Part shown: one piece after another, positions 1-11,665 of the stretch
Numbering within the stretch: position 1 is the first letter of the stretch
Layout: the number at the start of each line of letters is the position of its first letter
Origin: Polyangiales bacterium
GTDB lineage: Bacteria; Myxococcota_A; Polyangia; Polyangiales; Polyangiaceae
Direction: 5' to 3'
NCBI GenBank assembly: GCA_038230375.1
Contig: JBBRNJ010000039.1
Location: 1-64,000, forward strand
DNA: 64,000 bases
Notes under the pieces: generated by a model
The model's database searches: none
Told to the model about the DNA's origin: nothing
Seen by the model: the letters and a program-made list of their open reading frames with translations, nothing else
Position numbers and translations under genes: made by a program

Positions 1-76
1 AAAAACGCGGCGGGGCCGCTGTCAGGGCCCCTGAAGCGAACGAGCGACGCTTGGCGTCTGTTGCTCGCTGCCGCCA

Positions 77-1222
77 GTGGTCCCCGGATACGCCGGGTAT
101 TGTCCCGTTGCCACGGCGCGATTGATGCGTAGATTCGCGCCCGGGACGGCGACATCCCGCAGTACTGCTAATGTCGTCGACGTGGCTCCGCTCAGAGGCA
201 ATGCTCTCTCGCTCGCCGCGGACATCCATCGCGTGGGCCGCGCCGCGCAGTCCCGCGCGGGAGCGAGCGACGTCGCGCTACTTTTGCGCCTCAAGGCATC
301 CACGCAGATCGCGGAGGCGGTGGCGCGGCTCGTCTTCGTGGTGGGCGCATGGCAACTCTTGCCGTGGCTTCCGGCGCCCGTTGCGTGGTGCATGGGCGTG
401 CTGTCGCTCGCGTACTACCTGTCGGTGGAGGCGCAGCTCAATCACTCGATCCTGCATGGCGCGTACGTGGGGCTCCCAGGTGCGGAGCGCTTCACGCCGT
501 CGCGTTACGAGACCATGGCGGTGCCGTTCCAGTGCCGCACGTGGCGCGACGCGCACCGCATTCACCACGCAAACCCGTCGGTGCTGGGCGCGGACCCGGA
601 CACTGTGCATCCGCTCTTCCGCATGCACGAGACGCAGCGGTGGAGACCGTGGCACGCCGTGAACGGGCTCATCGGCACCCTGTTCGCGTTCGAGACCTGG
701 GCGTTCGACTACGACGCGTTCCTGAAGCGCACGGGATATCGCGAGAAGGGCGACCGTCGCGAGCTCCGGAAGTTCTTCCTCTACTGCCTCTACCAGTACG
801 TGGTCTTTCCGGCGCTCGCGGGGGCCCAGTGGAAGTACGTGCTCTGCGGCGCTCTCGCGGCCACGGTGATGCGCAACTTCATCTTCACGGGCCTGCAGAC
901 CGCGAGCAGCGTGGGGCACCAGGTATCGACAAGGCACGCAGAGAGCGCCGGGACGAAGCGCAACGACGCCTGGTACCGCTTCCAGATCGAGACCAGCAAG
1001 AACTTCGTCCTGCGCGGCGTCGCGGTGGTGCTGTGTGGCGGTCTCGATCGCCACATCGAGCACCATCTGTTCCCGCGCTTGCCACCGGCGCGCCTCCGCG
1101 AGGTGTCGGCGCAGGTCCGCGACGTGTGCGAGCGACACGGCGTCCGTTACGAGGAGCATCGGTCATTCGCGCGCAGCGTGAGAGACAGCGTGAGCTACTT
1201 GTGGGCGCTGTCCGTGGAGTAG
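77..1222 (+). CDS. Membrane fatty acid (acyl-CoA) desaturase family protein
   Basis: Three His boxes (HSILH, HRIHH, HIEHHLFP) plus hydrophobic segments; start uncertain. Confidence 0.88.
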   Translation: MVPGYAGYCPVATARLMRRFAPGTATSRSTANVVDVAPLRGNALSLAADIHRVGRAAQSRAGASDVALLLRLKASTQIAEAVARLVFVVGAWQLLPWLPAPVAWCMGVLSLAYYLSVEAQLNHSILHGAYVGLPGAERFTPSRYETMAVPFQCRTWRDAHRIHHANPSVLGADPDTVHPLFRMHETQRWRPWHAVNGLIGTLFAFETWAFDYDAFLKRTGYREKGDRRELRKFFLYCLYQYVVFPALAGAQWKYVLCGALAATVMRNFIFTGLQTASSVGHQVSTRHAESAGTKRNDAWYRFQIETSKNFVLRGVAVVLCGGLDRHIEHHLFPRLPPARLREVSAQVRDVCERHGVRYEEHRSFARSVRDSVSYLWALSVE

Positions 1223-1258
1223 CTTTGTCCACCGCCGTTCGCGCGCCGTCTTGATACC

Positions 1259-1855
1259 GTGGAGCGAACCGTGGGCTACTCGTTCAGAAACAAGCGCAAC
1301 CCCAGGTCGTTCGGCGAGCTCTCTGCGGCAGAGGCCGAGCAGCTCAGGCTCGCGTGGATCTTCTACGCAGGCGAGGACCGCACCGCTGCGGACCTCATCG
1401 GTGAGAACGTCGGCTGGTTCGAGCTGTGGAAGGTCGAGAAGGACGGCGTGCCGGCATTCGACTACTGGCACATGCCCCCCGACAGCGGGACGCTCTTCTA
1501 CACGGGCGAGGCCGTGCCGACCGGCATCGCCGTGATCCAGTTCTCGTGGGACAACGCGCGTGCCGACAAGCGCATCCGGATGGTCGCGAACCGCAACGCC
1601 GTCATGAAGGAGCTCGCGGACGCGTGGCGTGCGGTCGGCGGCATCGCCGGGGACACGGACGATGAGGATGAGGAGGATGATGAAGAGGAGGAGGATGATG
1701 AGGAGGTGAAGGCGAAGGAGAAGGTGATGGGGAAGGTGAAGGCGAAGGCGAAGGCGAAGGTGAAGGTGAAGGTGAAGGTGAAGCGGAAGGCGACCGGGAC
1801 ACTGAAGAAGACGGTGACGCCGAAGAAGAAGACGAAGAAGAAGAAGAAGACGTAA
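1259..1855 (+). CDS. Hypothetical protein with acidic tract followed by Lys-rich C-terminal tail
   Basis: GC3-rich codons in the globular N-terminal part; tail DDEDEEDDEEEEDDEE then KAKAKAKVKVKVKVKRK...KKKKK. Confidence 0.7.
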   Translation: MERTVGYSFRNKRNPRSFGELSAAEAEQLRLAWIFYAGEDRTAADLIGENVGWFELWKVEKDGVPAFDYWHMPPDSGTLFYTGEAVPTGIAVIQFSWDNARADKRIRMVANRNAVMKELADAWRAVGGIAGDTDDEDEEDDEEEEDDEEVKAKEKVMGKVKAKAKAKVKVKVKVKRKATGTLKKTVTPKKKTKKKKKT

Positions 1856-1942
1856 CGCCGAGGTGGGTCAGCGCGCGTTGATGTGGTGGGAGCGCATCTG
1901 TCGCTGGCGGTTCGCGCGCGATCGCGGCGAGCGACGCTGGCA

Positions 1943-2890
1943 TCAGGGTAGCGGCGCGGCGCTCTTCACGTAGGCGCGGATCGTGTCGAAGTCGCCCTTG
2001 GAGAAGGTGCCGGGTGGCGCGCGGAACGCATAGAACCGATTCAGCTTGCCGTTGTAACTACCGAAGACGCCGCCCGTCCCGTTCTGCCGGGCAGCGCCGA
2101 GAACGAGGGGGCTGCCCGCCGAGGTCACGTCCACTGGGGTCACCACGGCGGCCTCGAGCGAGGCGCCGGCAGCATAGGTCTCGATCTTCGTGCCGGACAT
2201 GTAGCGCGCGAAGCTGATCACGCCGTACGACGTGAGGAGGGACGCTGGCGGCGGGACCTGCGCCTCGACGCTGATCAGCTTGAGCGAGCCAGCCAGGTAC
2301 GCGCCAGTGTTGGGCGCGCACACACGCGAGCTGAGCGCCGTCGCGCCGTCGGCGTTGTACTTGGCGAAGAGGTAATGGAACGTGCACCCGTTCATGCCCT
2401 CGAGCGGGGTCTCCTCCGTGGCGCGCGCCACGAGGATGAAGTCGTCCGTTGCGCCGAACTGGAGAGATGGCGCGTCGGCCACGTCGAAGATCGCTCCGCT
2501 GGGGCCGAAGAGCATGCCCTTTGCGCCGGCATCACCTGAGCTCTGGAGGGTCGCGGTGCCGCTCGCGATCGTGATGGTCTGCGCGAGCGGCGAGAGGTCA
2601 CGCCACGCGCCCGTGCCGGAGAGGCCGTTCGGCGCGTCCGTCTCGAGGCGCAGCACGAGCCGGCTAGCGAAGGGTATCTGCGGCCCCGCGTCAGCCCCGG
2701 CGTCGCCTGCATCGGCGGCCACCTCCATGCCCGCGTCCGATCCAGCGTCTCCTGTGGGCTCGGCGCCCCCATCGACCGGCATGCCGCCGCCCTCGCCGCC
2801 ACCATCCGCGGGGAGCGTGAGGGACGGGTCCGTCGCGTAGCTCGTGGAGCAACCCACGATCGCAAGCGCGAGCAGCCAGCGGTAGTCCAT
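1943..2890 (-). CDS. Lipoprotein with LamG/concanavalin-like beta-sandwich domain
   Basis: Lipobox IVGC, DAG-rich linker, motifs WRDLS and SLQFGATDDF shared with the gene at 5091-6023. Confidence 0.7.
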   Translation of the reverse strand: MDYRWLLALAIVGCSTSYATDPSLTLPADGGGEGGGMPVDGGAEPTGDAGSDAGMEVAADAGDAGADAGPQIPFASRLVLRLETDAPNGLSGTGAWRDLSPLAQTITIASGTATLQSSGDAGAKGMLFGPSGAIFDVADAPSLQFGATDDFILVARATEETPLEGMNGCTFHYLFAKYNADGATALSSRVCAPNTGAYLAGSLKLISVEAQVPPPASLLTSYGVISFARYMSGTKIETYAAGASLEAAVVTPVDVTSAGSPLVLGAARQNGTGGVFGSYNGKLNRFYAFRAPPGTFSKGDFDTIRAYVKSAAPLP

Positions 2891-2972
2891 CCTTCATCGT
2901 GACATGTGCACCCTGCTCATCCAAGCCCTTCATGAAGGGGGAACTTTCGCGGGAGGCGGCTGTCATTCCGTC

Positions 2973-5024
2973 ATGGACGCAGCCTCCGCCGTCACCCTGG
3001 TCGCGCTCGTCGTGGGCCGCTACCCGGGCTGGGGCGGGTATGCGCCCGGAATGCAGCTCGCTTCACACGAGGTGCACGAGACCCACGTGGGGCACACCCG
3101 GCACGTGGAGATCGACGATGTGGTCCAGAACGATTCGGACGAGGAGCTCGAAGCGCAGTACCGGCTCAAGCTCCCCCGAAACGCTGCGATTTCGCGCGTG
3201 GGACTCAGCATTCAAGGCGTACTCGTGGACGGTGAGGTCATCGACCGCCAGCGAGCAGGGATGATCTACAGCGATATCGTGGACGGGCCCGCCCCCAAGG
3301 ACCCGGCCGTCGTCGAACGTGATGCCGACGGGACGATCTCCGTGCGCATCTTTCCCGTCGCACCTCATGGGACTCGACACATCCGCCTGACCTACGACGC
3401 CCCCAATGAGGAGCCACCCGCTCGCCCGTCACTCGCGCTGGGACGCGAGGGATTCCTCCTTCGCGTTCCGGCTCGCGCCACGGGAGTCACTGCAGCCGAC
3501 CCTCATGCGATCGTGATCGACGTGAGCCACAGTCGGACCACCGCGGACCTGTCCGAGGAGGTCGCTGCAGCGCGGCGGCTCCTGGACGAGCTGGCCCCGA
3601 ACGGATCATTCTCGCTCCTCGCTTGCGACAGCTCGTGCGAGACATTTCCGCTGACGGGTGTGACCGACAAGACCATGGAGAGCATGGCGAGCGCCGGCGC
3701 ATTCCTGGATGGTATTCATCGGGGAGGCGCGCGTGACGTCGCCGGTGCCGTTCGCAGCGCGAGTGCACGACTCGACGGACGCGGCCGGATCACGCTCATC
3801 GGCGGCGGGCATTCCACGGCAGGCGAGCTCTCGTCCTCGAGCGTGTCGGCGGCCGCTCGGCGCGCGCTCGGTCACGCCAAGGAGCTCGACGTCATTCCCA
3901 TCCACGATGACGGCTCCCTCCAGGCGCTCGTCACGGACGTGCGGTATCCCGTCTCGTTTCCTGCGTCCCTCGTTCCCGTCATGCAGCGGCGGGACGAAGC
4001 CATGCTCACGGTCATAGGCCGCGTGCAAGGCGCGTTCGACGGCAGCCTCGCGTACGACGGCGCCGCGCTCGACCCTGAGACCTCGAGAGGCGAGGCCAGG
4101 TCCGTCGATCGCATCGCCGCCCAGGGGCAAGTCGACGTGCTCGACGCGATACCGAACTTCGAAGGTCAGGACCGCGCAGCCAAGATTGCCCGGGCGCATC
4201 ACCTCCTGTCCAACATCTCTTCGTTCATCGTGCTCGAGAGCGAAGACATGTTCGCGCGCAACGGCATCACTCGCACGCAAGGAGCAACCCTCGCCAAGCC
4301 TCTGGCTCCCGCGGCCCCGCGGCCCGCCGGCCCTCGCGCACACCGGGTTCGCGCGCCGTCGGTTCGCGCAGCATCGATGTGCCAGGTGAGCGGTCGCGTA
4401 CCCCCCGAGAACATCCAGCACATCATGAGGCAGAACGCGGCGCGTCTTCGCTACTGCTACCGGGAAGGGCTGAGCGAGAACACGAACCTCGATGGTCGCG
4501 TGACCGTGAGGTTCGTTTTCGACGGGGATGGCGCGGTCCGGAGCGCGCAGGACGGCGGCTCGGACCTGCCAGATGCCGCGGTCATCGCATGCGTCGTGAA
4601 CGCCGTTAGGGAGATGACGTTCACGCCCTCACCCCAGCGTGATCTCGTGACGGTGACCTATCCGTTCATGTTCAGGCGAGAAGAGGTAGGCCCCGCCGAG
4701 CGACCGCTCCTTCACTTGCGGGTGCCCGCGTCCGCGACGCCGTCACCGCACGAGGTATGGGCCCTCGAGCACCGGGCGGACGCGCGCGGGAACGACTCCG
4801 CGTTGTACGTGGCCTCCGCAGAGGCGCTGGCCAACGCTGGCGAGACGGCGCGCGAGGCAAGGGCCTGGGACGCTGCCGCCGACCTCCTGCCGGACAGCGC
4901 GGACGTCCACCTGCGCGCCGCATCGGCCTACGCGCGCACGTTCGACGTGAAGCGTGCCATCGCCCACTACGCGTCCGCGAAAGAGCTCGCGTTTCGGGCG
5001 CCCGTTCCGGTGCCGACCCGTTAG
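2973..5024 (+). CDS. VIT + vWA + AgmX/PglI (TonB-C-like) + TPR-like protein
   Basis: VIT-like segment (LPRNAAI...RIFPV...IRLTY), MIDAS DVSHS, LRYCYREGL..NLDGRVTVRF..VTVTYPF; ORF opens at 2904, only 13 nt from the divergent gene, so ATG 2973 or 3051 is more likely. Confidence 0.75.
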   Translation: MDAASAVTLVALVVGRYPGWGGYAPGMQLASHEVHETHVGHTRHVEIDDVVQNDSDEELEAQYRLKLPRNAAISRVGLSIQGVLVDGEVIDRQRAGMIYSDIVDGPAPKDPAVVERDADGTISVRIFPVAPHGTRHIRLTYDAPNEEPPARPSLALGREGFLLRVPARATGVTAADPHAIVIDVSHSRTTADLSEEVAAARRLLDELAPNGSFSLLACDSSCETFPLTGVTDKTMESMASAGAFLDGIHRGGARDVAGAVRSASARLDGRGRITLIGGGHSTAGELSSSSVSAAARRALGHAKELDVIPIHDDGSLQALVTDVRYPVSFPASLVPVMQRRDEAMLTVIGRVQGAFDGSLAYDGAALDPETSRGEARSVDRIAAQGQVDVLDAIPNFEGQDRAAKIARAHHLLSNISSFIVLESEDMFARNGITRTQGATLAKPLAPAAPRPAGPRAHRVRAPSVRAASMCQVSGRVPPENIQHIMRQNAARLRYCYREGLSENTNLDGRVTVRFVFDGDGAVRSAQDGGSDLPDAAVIACVVNAVREMTFTPSPQRDLVTVTYPFMFRREEVGPAERPLLHLRVPASATPSPHEVWALEHRADARGNDSALYVASAEALANAGETAREARAWDAAADLLPDSADVHLRAASAYARTFDVKRAIAHYASAKELAFRAPVPVPTR

Positions 5025-5090
5025 TCCTCTTCGAACGCCCTGCCGTCACCGTTTTTGCGATACGCTGCGGAGCTTCCGAGGGAGGATCGC

Positions 5091-6023
5091 ATGCGCGTAA
5101 TGCTTATCGTAGGGGGCCTCACGATGGCCGCAGCGGGCCTCGGGTTCGCGGCGTGTGTCGGCGACCAAACGGGGTCAGCGGGCGACGACGCAGGGACCGG
5201 GGGCGAAACGGGCGCGGGCGGCGTGGACGGCTCCGTCGCAGGCGACGCCGGTGCGAGCGACGCCGGGTGCGCGGCGTGCACCAATGACGGGGACGTCGAC
5301 GGTGCGGTGGCGTTCTCGCCGAAGGCACTGCCCGGGATCGTGCTGTGGCTCGAGGGCTCGATGGGGCTCGACACCGCGGCCGCCAAGGTCAAACAGTGGA
5401 ACGACCAGTCGGGCTCCGGCAACAACGCTGTGGCAGCCGGGAACTCGGTCGGGCCGACGACCGGCCTGCTGAGCAGCAAGCCGGCACTCAGCTTCAACAA
5501 GGACTCGCGGCTCGAGATCGCGGACGTCGCGTCGATGCAGTTTGGCACGGGCGATTTCCTCATCGAGATGGTCGCGGCGTACTCCAACCCGATCACGGAC
5601 GCCGGCTACACCTACGGAGAGCTCTGGTTCAAGCAGACCAACGCCGACCCGTTCCCGGGCATCGTCCTCGCCGGGAACGACCAGACAAGTCTCACCTCGC
5701 GGATCGGCATCGGCCTCGACTCCACCACCTACGTCACCACCACGACCTCTAACTACAACGACGGAAAGGCGCGCCTCATTGCGGCGCGCCGGGTCGGGCA
5801 GACGCTGGAGATTCGCATCAATGGCGTTGTCGCTGCGACCCTCACGAACGCGGGCGTGGCGCGCGACGTGAGCGCCGTGGGCCGAATGGTCGCGCTGGGC
5901 GGGCAGATCGGGCTGACCGCGCTCGTCGGATCGTACGCAGAGGTCATCGCTGTGAAGGGGCCGACGTCCGTCGCCGATCTCACCGCGCTGGAGCTCTACG
6001 CCGTCAAGAAATACGGCCTCTGA
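5091..6023 (+). CDS. Lipoprotein with LamG/concanavalin-like domain
   Basis: GGAGGA RBS before ATG 5091, lipobox FAAC, DAG linker, LWLEG...WNDQSGSGN motif. Confidence 0.75.
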   Translation: MRVMLIVGGLTMAAAGLGFAACVGDQTGSAGDDAGTGGETGAGGVDGSVAGDAGASDAGCAACTNDGDVDGAVAFSPKALPGIVLWLEGSMGLDTAAAKVKQWNDQSGSGNNAVAAGNSVGPTTGLLSSKPALSFNKDSRLEIADVASMQFGTGDFLIEMVAAYSNPITDAGYTYGELWFKQTNADPFPGIVLAGNDQTSLTSRIGIGLDSTTYVTTTTSNYNDGKARLIAARRVGQTLEIRINGVVAATLTNAGVARDVSAVGRMVALGGQIGLTALVGSYAEVIAVKGPTSVADLTALELYAVKKYGL

Positions 6024-6025
6024 AC

Positions 6026-7807
6026 CTAGCGCTTCGGCTTCGGCTTCGGCTTTGCTGGCGCGGGAGTCGGTGTGGGCGTCACCTTGGGCTCTGGCGTCGG
6101 CGGCGCGTCTTCCTTCTTCCGGAACGTGCCCTGCTTCTTCATCTGCTCCACCCACGACTCCAGACCCGCGTTCGCGTCGCCTCGCAGTACGGCCTCCATC
6201 GGCCAGATCGCGACGGGGCGATCGTTGATCGCGAAGATCACGTCGTAGCTCCCAGGCCCCGCGATGAGCGGCGTGCCGCCCGCGCCCATGCAGCTCCACG
6301 GCAGCTCGGGCCGGATCTCCGGCTGGATGCAGCCCACGCCGCGCCCTACGATCTTTCCTTGCTCGTCCAGCACGAACGCGCTGATCGCGACGTTGGTGCC
6401 GCTCCATCCGCGTGAGCCGCGCGCGAACCACGTGAAGTCGACGCGCCGCGGGTAGTGCCACTCGCTCCACCCCGCGCGGATACCAAGCAGCGTGAGCGGG
6501 TCGGTGTTGCCGCTGGCCGCGACCACGACGCTGACCTTCGGCTCGCCGCCTTCCACGTCATCGATGTCCGCGTCGTTGACGAGATCCTTGTCGTCGTTCG
6601 GATCTTCCACCCAGATGTCCGTGTGCCCGACCTGCGTCTTCCCCTGGAACGCGAGGATCTCGTAGCGGCCCGGGGTCTTCGGCGAAAAATGCAGGTCCGC
6701 CGTCACGAAGCCCACGCGCTCGTGCATGGGCAGGTCGTAGCTCTTCTTCTCTGTCAGCACGACGACCTCGCGCGGGTCCACGATGCGGAACTCCAGCTCG
6801 TGCGCGCCCGGCTCCTTGCCGAACACGATGCCAACGATCGGGACGCGCACGTCGGCGTCCGCTTCCACGACGCGCGTGTTGCCGTAGATCGCTGCGGTCG
6901 TGAGCTGGTGCGGATCCTTGTGCACGGAGAGGTTGTTCGTGACGAAGAGATCCGCATGCACGTCCTTGAGCCGCGCCTTCCGGAACGCGTTGAGCTGCGC
7001 CTCCATGGGATGCGGATGTCCCGCAAGCACCTCGCGGATGTCCCTCACACTGGACGCGGACGAAATGGTGGCGATGGGCGTCATGCCACCCGTGAAGAGG
7101 ATGGCGTGGTTCACGCCGACCACGCGCGGCACGCCGCTCGGATCTAGCATGACGACGGGACCACCGGAAAATCCAGGGTAGACTGCCGCGTCGTGCACGA
7201 CGAGCTCCGCGCCAAGCAGCTCCACCACGCCGGACGTCACGCCCTCCGTGATTCCCCACGACAGCGCCCACAGCCCGCCGCCGGTGTGACCCAGTGCCCA
7301 GATCTTGCGGCCCACCTGCGCCTTCTCGCTCATGAGGCCGATCGGCGGAACATCGAGCAGCGGCATCTTGGGCTTGAGCACGGCGACGTCGCGCATCTCA
7401 TCGAGCTTCACGACCTCCGCCGGTACGCTCTGGCCCTTGCGGGTGATCACCTTGATTCGCGTCGGTGTTCGCACCACGTGCGCGGCGGTGAGCACGAACC
7501 CCCCGTCGATGACGAAGCCAGTGCCGTGCGGCGTGGGCTCCTTGCGCAGCGACACGTCCACCACGGACTTCGGCGAGTGACCCTCGAGCCCCATGTCGTG
7601 CAGCGTCTTGCGCGCCTCGTCCTCGCGCATGTCGCCATCGTCGTTCAACACCGCGACCACGCTGGGCACCACCTGCGAGAACACGCGCTCGGTGAGGGAG
7701 CCCTCCGCGTGAGGCGCAGCAACAGGAGCGCCGCCACAGCCGGGAAGGGCAGCGAAGGAGGTGAGGAGTGCCAGCGCGAAGGCCGCACCGAGCCTGTGCA
7801 TCGTCAT
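6026..7807 (-). CDS. Trypsin-like (S1) serine protease lipoprotein
   Basis: Catalytic triad contexts TAAHVV, DVAVL, PGFSGGP; lipobox LPGC; long C-terminal extension. Confidence 0.88.
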   Translation of the reverse strand: MTMHRLGAAFALALLTSFAALPGCGGAPVAAPHAEGSLTERVFSQVVPSVVAVLNDDGDMREDEARKTLHDMGLEGHSPKSVVDVSLRKEPTPHGTGFVIDGGFVLTAAHVVRTPTRIKVITRKGQSVPAEVVKLDEMRDVAVLKPKMPLLDVPPIGLMSEKAQVGRKIWALGHTGGGLWALSWGITEGVTSGVVELLGAELVVHDAAVYPGFSGGPVVMLDPSGVPRVVGVNHAILFTGGMTPIATISSASSVRDIREVLAGHPHPMEAQLNAFRKARLKDVHADLFVTNNLSVHKDPHQLTTAAIYGNTRVVEADADVRVPIVGIVFGKEPGAHELEFRIVDPREVVVLTEKKSYDLPMHERVGFVTADLHFSPKTPGRYEILAFQGKTQVGHTDIWVEDPNDDKDLVNDADIDDVEGGEPKVSVVVAASGNTDPLTLLGIRAGWSEWHYPRRVDFTWFARGSRGWSGTNVAISAFVLDEQGKIVGRGVGCIQPEIRPELPWSCMGAGGTPLIAGPGSYDVIFAINDRPVAIWPMEAVLRGDANAGLESWVEQMKKQGTFRKKEDAPPTPEPKVTPTPTPAPAKPKPKPKR

Positions 7808-7823
7808 GATGCGAAGCAGTCTC

Positions 7824-8390
7824 TCAGAAAATGAGACCCTTGGGCACGTCCGGGATGGCTGGGCACGCTTGCGTTGCGCCGGAGCGGGTCGCGCCGATAT
7901 ACGTCGCATCGATGCTGCCCTTGAGAGCAGCCGTTGCGCCCGTGGAGAAGTTCTTCACCGTGACGTCTACATCGATGTGAAGGGACGCCTTGGGCGCGGG
8001 CAGCGCAGCGACCGTCACCGTGCCGCTCGTCGCGTAGAACGTGTCGCCTCCGTGCGTGATGTAGATGGTGGCGGCGTTGACCGCGATTGACCGCGCCTTG
8101 TGATCGCTCGCGACGATCGCCTGGCTCTGCCCTGCAACGAGCTCTTTCACCTCGTCCCCGTAGGTCGTGATGTCGAGCATGAGCGAGCGATCGTCCGACT
8201 CGATCTCGGCCGTGAACGCGCACGCCTTCCCGTCGTCCTCGATCTGAGCGCGAAGCTTCCCGGGAGGTCCATCCACGGAGAGCGGGGTCGAGCCATCGAG
8301 CGCGAGCCGCATCGAGCCCACCAGGCTGCTCGCGGTGTGATCCGCGCAGCCAACGAGGAGCGGAAGAAGAAGAAGAGACAGGCGAAGCAT
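7824..8390 (-). CDS. Hypothetical lipoprotein
   Basis: MLRLSLLLLPLLVGC signal/lipobox at ATG 8390; the upstream ORF extension only translates a hexamer repeat. Confidence 0.7.
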   Translation of the reverse strand: MLRLSLLLLPLLVGCADHTASSLVGSMRLALDGSTPLSVDGPPGKLRAQIEDDGKACAFTAEIESDDRSLMLDITTYGDEVKELVAGQSQAIVASDHKARSIAVNAATIYITHGGDTFYATSGTVTVAALPAPKASLHIDVDVTVKNFSTGATAALKGSIDATYIGATRSGATQACPAIPDVPKGLIF

Positions 8391-8425
8391 GTGAGCGGTG
8401 GGTGGCGGTGGAGGGGTGGGTTTAT

Positions 8426-8521
8426 GACGAGGTCGAGGTCTTCGTCGAGGTCGTCGTCGAAGTCGAAGTCGAGGTCGAGGTCGGGGTCGAGGTCTTCGTC
8501 GAGGTCGTCTCCGAGGTCGTA
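8426..8521 (+). repeat. 16 imperfect tandem hexamers, consensus GTCGAR
   Basis: gacgag gtcgag gtcttc gtcgag gtcgtc gtcgaa gtcgaa gtcgag...; intergenic between divergent genes. Confidence 0.9.
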
Positions 8522-8610
8522 ACCACGCGAAAGTGGGGTTCCACCCCATCCCCGCGCATTTTTATGCACTGCGTCAGGTTTACTCGGACCGAAAATCTGG
8601 TAGTAGCGGC

Positions 8611-8742
8611 GCCGTGCGGTCACCTCCCTCACCGGAGGCGGCCGGACACGAGGCGAGCTGAAGCGTCTGCGCAGGCAGGCGGCCAACCCCTTGAGGCAAC
8701 GGGAGTCACGTGCAGTCTGCACGAGATTCTCACTCGGAGAGG
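8611..8742 (+). promoter_or_regulatory. Candidate structured 5' leader of hppA
   Basis: Hairpins at 8611-8654, 8665-8680 and 8709-8723, then GGAGAGG RBS. Confidence 0.35.
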
Positions 8743-8751
8743 TAGAAAAAC

Positions 8752-11538
<2,787 letters not shown>

Positions 11539-11568
11539 GCCTCTGCTGACGACCACGTCATTCTGAGC

Positions 11569-11624
11569 AAGGGCGTTCTCTCGGCGGTCATGACCGTGCT
11601 GGGAGGGCGCCCTTCGCCTTTTTT
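11569..11624 (+). terminator. Intrinsic terminator after hppA
   Basis: aagggcgttctctcggc / gctgggagggcgccctt stem followed by a T6 run. Confidence 0.7.
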
Positions 11625-11665
11625 GTCGGCTGATGCTGACCGGACCGTTGTACCCTCGTCCGCTG

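Noticed and set aside
8391..8549. Arg/Pro-rich N-terminal extension of the 7824 ORF
   Set aside because: It is the translation of the hexamer tract; a proper lipoprotein signal begins at 8390
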